The position numbers were made by a program, and so were the translations under genes. This document shows, piece after piece, positions 1-10,588 of a stretch of 64,000 bases of DNA (positions are counted from its first letter, which is position 1; every line of letters starts with the position of its first letter). The notes under the pieces were generated by a model, which saw only the letters and a program-made list of their open reading frames with translations, had not been told where the DNA came from and did not search any database. Where the stretch lies: NCBI GenBank assembly GCA_964234715.1, contig OZ174280.1. The stretch is one strand, 5' to 3'. Source of the DNA: Podarcis melisellensis (taxonomy: Eukaryota).

Positions 1-715
1 TTAGTTGCTCTCAGGATACTGAGAGTATTAATTATTGAAATAAATGCACATGACGAATATAGGCCCATCAATTTCAAAGGGTCTGCGTTGAGTAAGACAT
101 AGTTGGAAACAACCCCATGCCATCGCAGGGGCTGGAGTAAACCAAGTGTTTGAAACAAAACCAGGATTTCCCTTTTTAAAGAAAAATATAGCAGAGTGCT
201 TTTAAGAAGGTTCAGTTTCCTTTGAGTAAATGAACTCTGCTGTGAACAACTCTCATGACTCAAATAATTCACAGTTAATCATTCAAGAATCTATAACTCA
301 TTAATTTGTTAATGTGCAATTAATTCACCGCGTTTGAATTTGTAATGCAGAACTCCTTTCACTTCAATGCAGCCTTTAATGTCTTTGAGTCCTTTGCAAT
401 GGGAAGTCATGAATTACGAACGAGTAGCTTACAAAACGCTCTGTGGGCACCTTTCCCACTGTGTACCTGCCCTTTGCTTGTGACATACTATGTTCTCAAT
501 TGCATTGCCCATCTTGCAGATGCAGGTGGGGGAACTTTACTTTGGGGGCAGGACCTTTGGGGTCTGTGGCCTTTTGGCTCCCGTCATCTCTGTTTCTGTG
601 AAATAAATTTATCAGTTGTGTGCTGCTTGACACACCCTATAGAATATGAGCTTGAATATCTCAAAAGGTGTGGTGCTTTGATGCTTATGTTGTGGAGGGA
701 ACACATGCCCTAGTG

Positions 716-853
716 CAGTGTTTCCCAACCTTGTGCCACCAGCTGTTTTTGGACTACAATTCCCATCATCCCTTGCCCCACTGGTCTTGCTAGTCAGGGA
801 TGATGGGAGTTGTAGTTCAAAAACAGCTGGAGGCACAAGGTTGGGAAACACTG
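716..853. mobile_element. hAT-type hairpin MITE (138 bp)
   Basis: TIR CAGTGTTTCCCAACC/GGTTGGGAAACACTG; ~58-bp arms with 3 mismatches; perfect 8-bp TSD CCCTAGTG (708-715, 854-861). Confidence 0.9.
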
Positions 854-1344
854 CCCTAGTGAGTCAGGACATTGTGTTGTTTACTCATGAACAGAGCTAC
901 CTCCATCCATGTATTTTTAGCTCAGTACACAAGGGGATTCAGATCTTTAAGGGGTCTGCTCCCTTCTAGTAACCAAGTCCTTAGGTGTGAGCAGCCAGCC
1001 CACAGGGGAGACTGTGTGCAGGCAAAGCTCTTTCATCCATTTCAGGTTTGGAATTCAAGATATTTATTAATTGATTCAAGGCAGATCAGCAATTGCATAA
1101 AAAGAAATTAAATGGCAATTTTTAGCTAGTTCTAACTCTGATACATTTCCGAGGTTTGTTCCAGCAACTTACCGGTAAATAGTGAGGAGTATCATGGAAC
1201 ATAAAGTATGAATGCATGGGACCCATCACCTTGAACAGGGATAGGGAACTACAACTGCCATCATCTCTGATCATTGGCCATTTGGTTGAGGCTGATGGAA
1301 GTTGTGTTTCAGCACCATGTTTGCTACCCTTCCTCTGGGCAAGT

Positions 1345-1515
1345 GAAGTTTTAGAAAAAGACTGAGCAAGGAGGGACATGATAGAGGTGTTTAAAATTAT
1401 ACATGATGTAAAGAAAATAGATCTCTCTCTCTCTCTGTCTCTGTCATAATACTAGGACCCAGGGGCATCTAGTGATACTGAAAGTTGGAAAATCCAGGGC
1501 AAACAAAAGGAAACT
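1345..1515 (+). mobile_element. CR1 LINE ORF2 3' fragment
   Basis: Degenerate CR1 C-terminal signature (agggacatgatagaggtgtttaaaattatacatg = RDMIEVFKIIH ... actaggacccaggggcat). Confidence 0.65.
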
Positions 1516-2395
1516 ACTGGCTACTAGTCATGAGATACTTTCAGTGGCTCATACTTGTCAGATGGGCTCAGAAAATACTTCTGGTGCATCTGAATAGCAC
1601 TAAGATAAACGCTGGTGTGAATTAAGAGCTCCCAGTAAGTTCTAAATGCATTAATTCCATCAAACACATTGCTGTCTTCTGTTTTGCATCAAGGTTTTAA
1701 GGAGCCAATTGCCTTTGACTTGCTGTCATCACTTTGCCTCTCTTCATTTTCTCCCATTTGTCTCTGATCTCATGGATATGTTTTTGAATTGGATTCCTTG
1801 CATTTATCAAATAGGAAATGTTCCTTAAGTTTGTACTGGAGAGCCACTGACCCTCCATATATTGTTAGACTCCAAATCTCATCGGCCCCAACCAGCATTG
1901 CCAGTTGTCAGGAATTATGGGAATTGGAGTCCAACAATAGCTCTGTGTCTGATAGAGTAGTCACCTCTGGTTTATAGAGCTGAAGCTTTTACAGTCCTAG
2001 GCAGGGTGTAATGACTTGAGACAAAGTAGTTAAGAGTGGCAATTCAATGATCCTCATTAGTCTTCAGAGTAACATCATTGAGTTAGAATAAGTCCCATTA
2101 AACACAGCTAGCCTTGCTTTTGAGATAACATACATAGGATTGCACTCTTAGACACATAATAGTGTGCATTGGATCTGAAGAGTTAAATAACTTGTGATTA
2201 GGCTGCTGTGTTTTTGTAGCTTAAATAACTGATGTGTTATTTTACTTAAGCTGAGGACCAGCAACCTGTTCATTCTGCTTGATAGCAAAGAAAGTTTGCT
2301 ACCAGAAGTCAGTCTGGCGAAAGACATCACATTGTCTCTTTTTTTCTTCTTATTCTTGAAGATGACAACTAGCTTCTTAAAACAATGCTTATAAT

Positions 2396-2485
2396 CATAG
2401 CTGTCAATGTTTTCCCTTTTTAAAGGGAAATTCCCTTATTCCGAATAGGATTCCTTGCAAGAAAAGGGAAAAGTTGACAGCTATG
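2396..2485. mobile_element. 90-bp hAT-type MITE
   Basis: 12-bp TIR CATAGCTGTCAA/TTGACAGCTATG; perfect 8-bp TSD CTTATAAT (2388-95, 2486-93). Confidence 0.9.
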
Positions 2486-3324
2486 CTTATAATGGAAGAG
2501 AAGTAATAGTTCATGGTGTAGTGTAGCGGGAATGCAGGCAAGAGACGGGCAAGAATGTGCAGCTCTGGGACTTTTCTCATCTGCCAGGGTAATTCATAGG
2601 TCCTCCTGGCTCTGGGAAGCAACTGAGGTGATAATGAGGCTTTCAAGTTTTGCTGTTGTTTGTGACAGTTTAGCATAGGCTCTGTCATAGAGGAAGTTGG
2701 AGAATGATGAAAATAATCAGACAGATGCTGCATACTTCTTTCCTACTTCATGCTAGCAGTTTAATTTTTTCTTTGAAAGCTTGTTTGCATTTCTAATTGA
2801 AAGCCGAAGGCTGTATTTGAGCCAGCTGCAGATCTTTTGTTACAGCTCAGTGTACAAATTTAACTTGTGCAACTAGAAGTGTTCAGTGGTGCTTATTCCA
2901 GGTTCACTGTGCATAGGATTGCAGACATGCCACATGGCTGATTGGAGGTATGAAACCAGGTCTCCCAGCCAAATTCCAACACACTAAATCACAACACCAC
3001 CCTTTGCTAGGTCACTATTCTATGCACTTCAACCCCCAGCTTCCCAGGACTGACCCATTCTCCTCAATGGAAGCAGCAGCATGAGAATAGCCAAATAACT
3101 GGACTACCAAGCATACTGCAAAGAAGAAAGAACATTGGGTATTGCAGTAATTGATACAAATAACGTATGTTGTTTTGTATTTTCAGTAATGTTTCTAGAG
3201 GGGTAGCTGTGTTGGTCTCTTGCAGCAAAAACAACAAATATGTCAGCAGCTTTTGTGGACTACAGTTCACTTCTTCAGATGCGTGGAGTGAGATCCTTTT
3301 GTATTATCCAGTGCAGCATTAAGT

Positions 3325-4810
3325 CAGTGTTTCCCAACCTTTTTTGGGCAAAGGCACACTTGTTTCATGAAAAAAATCTCGAGGCACACCACCATGCCAG
3401 ATGGGGAAAGGTCACTTTTTACTTATGTAAAAAAAAAATAAAAAAATAGTAACAGCATAGAAGGTAATGGTTATCTCTTTGATGTCTGATGGGAGGGCAT
3501 TCCACAGGGCTTGCGCCACTACTGAGAAGGCCCTCTGCCTGGTTCCCTGTAACCTCACTTTTCACAGTGAGGGAATTGCCAGAAGGCCCTTGGCACTGGA
3601 TCTCAGTGTCTGGGCTGAACGATGGTGGCGGAGACGCTACTTCAGGTATACTGGACCGAAACCGCTTAGGGCTTTAAAGGTCAGCACCAACACTTTGAAT
3701 TGTGCTCGGAAAGGTACTGGGAGCCAATGTAGGTCTTTCAAGACTGTCGTTACGTGGTCTCGGCGGCAGGTAGCAGCGCTCACAGCTTACGGACTGCACC
3801 GTGTAACAGGTGTCTGGCCCAGCAGCCTAAGGCGGACAAGCCACTGAATCAGGCATTCAGAATCCATTCATTTCATAAAACCTGCAGGGCTCAATCTCTG
3901 TGTTTGTGTATGTGTGTGTTTCTGTTTTGCCCAAGGGTCTGGGGGTGGGAGAGAGCTCTTTAGCATGATGCTTTTAAAACAATTAAATTATCAACAAACA
4001 AACCTGATGATACGAATAGCAACGTCAGGTGCTACGGGGGGGGGGAAGGGGGCCTACTCGGAAGTAAATACTGCATCCAGGCGCAATTAGCGCTGATTTA
4101 AGGTGCACCAAGACTGCCTAAAAACCTCACCAAAGATATGCAACAAAGCGCTTCGTTGCAGAGGGGAGAGTTTGTGCACCGTGGAGGCTGGAGGGCTTCT
4201 ATTCTACATGCGGGGGTTGGGGGGGCGAGGAAAATGTGCTCCGTGGGGGGGCGGGGAAGGCAAGAAAAGGAGCTGAGCTCTAACTATAGGCTCCCACGCT
4301 TGAGCACGCCCGACTTGGTGGGGCGGACCACCCTCTCTCCTGGAGGAGGAGGAGGAAGAGGAGGAGGAGATTCCCATCCACGGCGTGGCCTCCCGCGCTC
4401 CTGAACGGGAAATCTCTGCAGCCCAAGACTCTCCGCGAGGCAGCTCCTCCCTTCCTGCCTTGAGCCGCCGCCAGCCGCGCCCCCCTCCCCAGTTATCTGC
4501 TGCCTGCCAAGCCCCGCCCCTCTTCATTGTCCTCCCCTTCTGTTTATTCCCCTTCCTCCATCCCTCGCTTTCCCCCCCCTCTTTCCTTTTTTTAAAAAAA
4601 TATTTTCTCTTCCCCTTCTTTTTTCCCACCCTTTCTTTTTTCTCTTTCTCCCCCCCTCCCCGCCCTCCTGGGTTAAAGGATTTGAGCAATGGGTCTGGAG
4701 GTGGAGCTCGTCGGAGGATTAGCCCGACTCGCCCGCCTCCCTCCCACGGCACACTAGGCAACGTCCGGCGGCACACTAGTGTGCCGCGGAACACCGGTTG
4801 GGAAACACTG
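3325..4810. mobile_element. 1486-bp non-autonomous composite hAT element
   Basis: 15-bp TIR CAGTGTTTCCCAACC/GGTTGGGAAACACTG; perfect 8-bp TSD CATTAAGT (3317-24, 4811-18); GGCACAC subterminal motifs at both ends; no transposase. Confidence 0.88.
3465..3765 (-). mobile_element. L2 LINE ORF2 3' fragment inside the hAT element
   Basis: Minus strand reads LHWLPVPFRAQFKVLVLTFKALSGFGPVYL, the L2 ORF2 C-terminal motif. Confidence 0.85.
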
Positions 4811-6395
4811 CATTAAGTAACGGTTCTGTTGGTCCAATGATTTCCATTTGTGCCACGGGACTTTTTCTCCTCTCGCTATGCATGCCTTTTGCCTTCTTCA
4901 AATTGGCTCTGGAGGATTTTGGGAACCCCTGGAGCAAATTTAAGGGGTGTGCAAGAGGAAGGGGCTGGGAATCTCGTTGCACAAGTGGACACCCTTCCAC
5001 TGATGGGACGGTTATTTAGTGTTGCGTTAGACAAAAGCCTTAGTTGTCAGATATATAATGTGAAAGGGCTGAATTGCAATACATGAAGAGGTTCAGTGTG
5101 AGAGCACTTGTGGACTGAACTGAGACAAATGCTCTTTTTTGCACATTATATGTGTTAATTGGCTTACCAGTTCCAGGATGCCTGGTTTTTTTTTGTGAAT
5201 TATGTAATTATCACACTCTGTACTTTCCTGTCTTTTATTTCCCCCTGACCTCACTGTTTACATTCCCCCCGCCCTCTCCAGCCCAGCTGAACCATGTATA
5301 TACCTGAACTGAGAACCTCAGTGCATGCATCTGATGATGTATTCCATGAAAATTTAAGCCATAATAAAATCACTAGTCCTTAAGGTGTCACAAGAGCCTT
5401 CCCTGTTTTCATTATTACTGTCACCGTGTTTGCTATTTATTCGTTTGCTCAGTCACAAAATGCAATTTTAAAAAGAAGAGGAAGCTCTTACGTAGCCCTG
5501 TTGTCAGCTGACAGGTAGGCTGCAGTGTCCCTTGCCCTCTCTGAGCTGGGAACATCATCTTTGTCAGGGGAGGTGCTGAGTGTAGCATTGCCAAGTCTGC
5601 CTCTTTCCCTTTCTGTGTCTCAAGGAAAAAGTCCAGCCCCTCTAGATGCTTTGTTTAGTAGTTGTTGCCATGGAGACCCTGAAGCTATGGTGAAGCAGCC
5701 ATCTTTTCCTGGAAGGTGGGCGGGCTGCGGGAAGAAGCGTAGTGGGAGAGAATTCAACTTCACCTTTGTTCTCTGACAGGAGGGTCTCAGTTTACATGAC
5801 AATTCAGCGAAGGCCAATATTGTGGACTGTCAGCAGAAGAGTCCTCCCATGTTCGGGCAACTGTGAGGGGACAGTGGCTCAGAGTGGTTTGCCGTGAGGC
5901 TGTTTTGAGATATTCCTAGGGTGAGGAAAGCAGAAAGCTCATTTTTGCATCCAAGTGGAAATCTGTCCTTGGAGGTCATAGATGCCTTATGCTAGGTAGT
6001 TTGATTAGCTGTCATGTAGATCTTAGGAAGTATCTTGGGACTGTCTCTCTGGATGGCCTGCCTGCAGTTGAAGGAATTGAAGCACAAAAACTCCAGGAAA
6101 CGGATAGTGTTGTATTAATTCTTGTCTGCCTAACAATTCTTAAGTCTTGTTTAGATGAGGATATAAGCCAAGAAGAAATCTCTGGAGAGTTTAAGAACTA
6201 CCATAAATCATCCATGGTTGATCAGGCCACACATAGGATAGATAAAGCCACCCCACACATCAGTAGGGAGGGCATTATAGAGCCTCCTGTGTATAGAGGA
6301 AGGGGTTGTCTGTGAGGCAGGGAGCTCCCAGGAGCACTCAAGTGCATAGTTAGCATTAAGCAACCACAAAAACCATTCTTCTTGAGGATCTAGGG

Positions 6396-6532
6396 CAGGG
6401 GTAGGGAACCTACGGCACTCCAAATGGTGTTAGCATCCAACTCCCATCAACCCCAGCCTGCATGGCCAATGGTCAGGGATGATGGGAGTTGGATGCTAAC
6501 ACCATTTGGAGTGCCATAGGTTCTGGACCCCA
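6396..6532. mobile_element. hAT-type hairpin MITE with perfect 36-bp internal stem
   Basis: 6414-6449 is the exact reverse complement of 6480-6515; CAGGGGTAGGGAACC 5' end. Confidence 0.8.
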
Positions 6533-7145
6533 ATCCAAACTACTGCTTTTTTGTATGCCCCAGGAGGCCAAGGAAATCACCCATTTCACTGAAAAGGATG
6601 CAATCTGGCTTTCCAGTGTAGGTTGTGAAATAGGCAATCTAGGAGTTGCTGGAGAATGAGGGGAGTTTCTCATTTCCGCCCAGTTGTACATTTTCTGAAC
6701 TGGATGGGAAATAGACTCCTTATCTGCTTAGCAGGAATATTCACTAAACACCACAAGGAGGCTGTTTTCAGAGGGAAATAGAGCTTAATTACTGTTGGTG
6801 TTGTAGTTATTATTATAATTAACTCCAGTTGACTCAGCATAGTCATTACACTGTTAAGTATTTATGCACCAACCAAAATTCCCTGGTGGTGTTCTCTTAT
6901 TACTGGGGTGTTGGTCATGTGTATACAGTTGCAAGGTGAGGGGGGCAGAGATTCAGGTGCTGCCGGCACAAAGCATTGCTTCCAGAGAGGAAGGCTGTGG
7001 CCCTATGCACGGAGCAAACAGAACCAAAGTACAGAACAGCCATGCACCAGGTCTAGGATGAGGCAGTTTGAGGGTTGGTCATTGAAAATGACTATATTCC
7101 AGTGTCATCTAAGGATGGGCGAGAGGGATTAATCTTGCTTTAGAG

Positions 7146-7274
7146 CAGGAGTGGGCAACCTGTGGCTCTCCAGATGTTCTTGAATGACGACCCCCATCAT
7201 TTCTGACCATTGGCCATGTTGGCTGGGGCTGATGGAGTTCTGCAAGCTGTGGAGGGGCACAGATCCCACGTCTG
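7146..7274. mobile_element. Degenerate hairpin MITE (same core family)
   Basis: caggagtgggcaacctgtggctctccagatg...ctgatgg core. Confidence 0.65.
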
Positions 7275-7318
7275 CCACGGGTTCTATTCCTTTTATCGGA
7301 TTCAAGGAAAGACTCCTG

Positions 7319-7352
<34 letters not shown>
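7319..7352. repeat. (ATCA)n microsatellite
   Basis: Tandem aatc units. Confidence 0.95.
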
Positions 7353-7353
<1 letters not shown>

Positions 7354-9241
7354 GATGTGTTCATAGATAGGAAGAACACAGCAGTTCTTTACTCTTGGGG
7401 GGGGGGGGGTGTCACCTTATTTGAATTGATCAGTGCTCACTTTCCAATGCGGTGTCCTAGACAAAATATTTAATCCCTCTTTCCTCCATACACCATGACC
7501 TGTAGGTCCTTGCCATGGCTTGCCATTGTGTGCCAAGTGAGTTCCTTCACTTTGCTGGCTTTCTGCTGGAGAGCCTTTGCTCCCTCGCTCGCCCATTCCT
7601 CAGCATTTCTGTGAATTCCAAGCTGTGATTCCCCCCCCCCACTGCCCAGATGCAAATGTATTTCTTTGTATATAATGTATGACTTACTGAGCGCTGTCCC
7701 TGCAAAGTGCTGCCCCAGGCAGCTGTTCAGATGCATCTTATCATAATGCTGAATCTAGACTAGACTCTTAACAGCCCAGGGCCCTCTCAGCATTGGGCTT
7801 GTTAATCCTAGTGACCCACAGTTCTAGCCCATTCTGACATCTTATCCCACCCCACTCCTACAAATATATCTTTTCATTTTTGTCATGCAAGCTTGTTAGT
7901 GTCTTTTAATTTTCCTTTTGCTTTTGACATTTTGAAGTGCCTTCAACTGTCATGATTATGACAAATATCCTTTAAAAAACAACAGCACCCATCCCTGATA
8001 GTCACATCTCCAGAAGCCTAAAATCAGGAAGGAAACATTACAGAATTGACAGTTAACTAGAGTGCAGTACCAAGATTAGGAGAGGTTTGGGGTGGAAGAG
8101 AGCGAGTAGTACATATTCATTCCAATTTTGTTTGGAAGTGCCTTGATATCATTCCAGTAGCTGACTCAAGAGAAGCAATATTAGTGTAAGAAGGGCATAG
8201 ACAGATGGATATATAGATATCCTAAGGTCCAGGGCAGCAGCCATGTTGTCTGTCTCAGTGAAAACAAAGAGTCTTGTGACACCTTTAAGACTAACAGATT
8301 TATTGTATTATAAACTTTCCTGGGCTAGAGCCCATTTCTTCAGATGCAGGAAGGTATTGTGCAACAGATAGAAACTTGGACCTTTCCTGGATTATAAAGC
8401 TTTACAGAACTGTTTGGAACTGCCTTACCAGCCAGTTACTGTCTCCCTTGCCATGTGGCAGCTCTCCATGGTTTCAAGGCGTCAGTGTGGCATAGTGCTT
8501 GGAGACTAGAGTTCAAAGCGCCACTCAGCCATGAAGCCACTGGATGATTTTGGGCCAGTCACTCCCTCTCAGCCTAACCTGTGGGTGAACTGGATTACTA
8601 ATGCCCTTCCTCTGTAGAGAACCCCATGCCTAAGGAGGCTTGTGCGACATCCTTCGTTGTCTTCCAAAACAGATTTTAAAAGTTTCTAAACTCCAAATCC
8701 CCTAACTCCCCTCCCCAGATTACAGTGCTACAAGCAGCAACCATCTGGAGGTTAGTTCCCACAGAGGAAATTGAATCAGTTTTGAGACAGACAGGAACAC
8801 ATGAATTTCAGCAGGAAATCAGAGATGAGAGACGATGCCACTTCCGAAATGCACGAAAGCATTCAAGAAGGACAGCCTCATCAGTTGGCACTTTGCAACA
8901 CATATGGGTGTGTAACGAAAAACAGGCTTATCTCTCGTAGATGGTTCTTCCTGACTTCTGCAGCTTCAGTGGCAGAGCTCTGTGTTTAAACCTTGATTTG
9001 CCACAAGGAGAAGCCGGGATGTCTGTGTGTCCCCTGTCCCCAGCAAAAAGGGCACACGAATGAGTGCAGAACCCTCTGCAGCTTGCTTCTGCTTCTGACG
9101 GCTGGGCTCATTTCCAGTATCAGAGCCTGGCTATCAAGACACGGCCTGGGGGAGTTTGATGCCCCTCACCCCACCCACTTCCGTATTAAAATGAGACCCT
9201 TTAACCTTCATTCTATGCAATTGTGGCAGACCTTGGTTTAT

Positions 9242-10588
9242 TATTATTATTTTTTAAATATTTATTAAGATTTTTGAATTAACAATATAGCAATCCAACA
9301 AAATTGTAACATAACATAACATATTTTCTTCTCTTCTTGGGACCTCCTCACGTCTCCCTCCCCTATTTTCCAGTTTAAAAGTTAGTCCAACAAATTATCT
9401 CCTTACTTCCATCCTTACTGCCTAGTTTTCAATGTTATATCTCAAATTTTAAAAAACCTTGGTTATACTCCATAACAAATTAAGTTAAGCCAAATAGTTA
9501 TCTTACATTTTAACTTATCTTCTTACTTCACTTCATCTAATTTAATGGTGCCAAATTGTTTATAGTCAAGCATCCTGTTTAACATTCATAAAGCTTACAA
9601 TGTTTTTGCAAATAATTCTTAAAATTTTTCCAGTCCTCTTCCACCGTCTCCTCTCCCAGGTCTCGGATTCTGCTGGTCATCTCAGCTAGTTGCATATAGT
9701 CCATCAGTTGCATCTGCCATTCTTCCAGTGTGGGTAGATCTTGAGTTTTCCAATGCTTCGCGAGAAGTATCCTTGCTGCTGTTGTTGTGTACATGAAAAA
9801 TGTTCGGTCCTTCTTTACCACCCCTTGGCCGACAATACTCAGAAGGAAGGCCTCTGGTTTCTTAGTGAAGGTATACTTAAATACCTTTTTCAGTTCATTA
9901 TATATCATTTCCCAGAAAGCCTTCACTTTAGGGCAAGTCCACCAGAGGTGAAAGAATGTTCCTTCACTTTCTTTACATTTCCAACACTTATTATCAGACA
10001 GGTGGTATATTTTTGCAAGTTTGACTGGGGTCATATACCATCTGTATATCATTTTCATTACATTTTCTTTCAAAACATTACATGCAGTGAAATTCAACCC
10101 AGTAGTCCATAACCTTTCCCAGTCCTCAAACATGATATTATGCCCAATGTCCTGTGCCCACCTTATCATAGCCGACTTTACCGTTTCATCTTGTGTGTTC
10201 CACTTTAACAGCAAGTTGTACATTCTTGAAAGTACCTTAGTCTTAGGCTCTAACAATTCCGTTTCCAACTTCGATTTTTCCACCTGGAACCCTAACTTTT
10301 TGTCAAGTTTAAAAACTTCCTTAATCTGAGCATAATGTAACCAATCTCGCACTTTATCTCTCATTTTCTCCATACTCTGCAGTTTCCAATTGTCTCCATC
10401 TTTTTCTAATATTTCCCAATACTTTGGCCAATTGGCCTCCATATTGGGTCTTTTTCGGGCCTTAGCTTCCAATGGTGAAAGCCACCTTGGAGTTTTATTT
10501 TCCAATAAGTCTTTATATTTTGTCCAGACATTAAACACTGCTTTTCTGACAATATGGTTCTTGAAAACCTTGTTAATCTTAACCTTGT
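9242..10588 (-). mobile_element. 5'-truncated L1 LINE (ORF2 C-terminal part + 3'UTR + A-rich tail), antisense to CELSR2
   Basis: Open frame 9579-~10590 with L1 CCHC knuckle (CWKCKESEGTFFHLWWTC); minus-strand AATAAA and A/(AAT)n tail near 9242-9267; direct repeat CAGACCTTGGTTTAT at 9227-9241 and 10589-10603. Confidence 0.92.

Noticed and set aside
612-969. Mirror-image ORFs (MFPNLVPPAVF... on both strands)
   Set aside because: Artefact of the palindromic MITE at 716-853.
4204-4816. 196-aa and 143-aa ORFs
   Set aside because: Low-complexity translations of the GC/pyrimidine-rich cargo of the hAT element.
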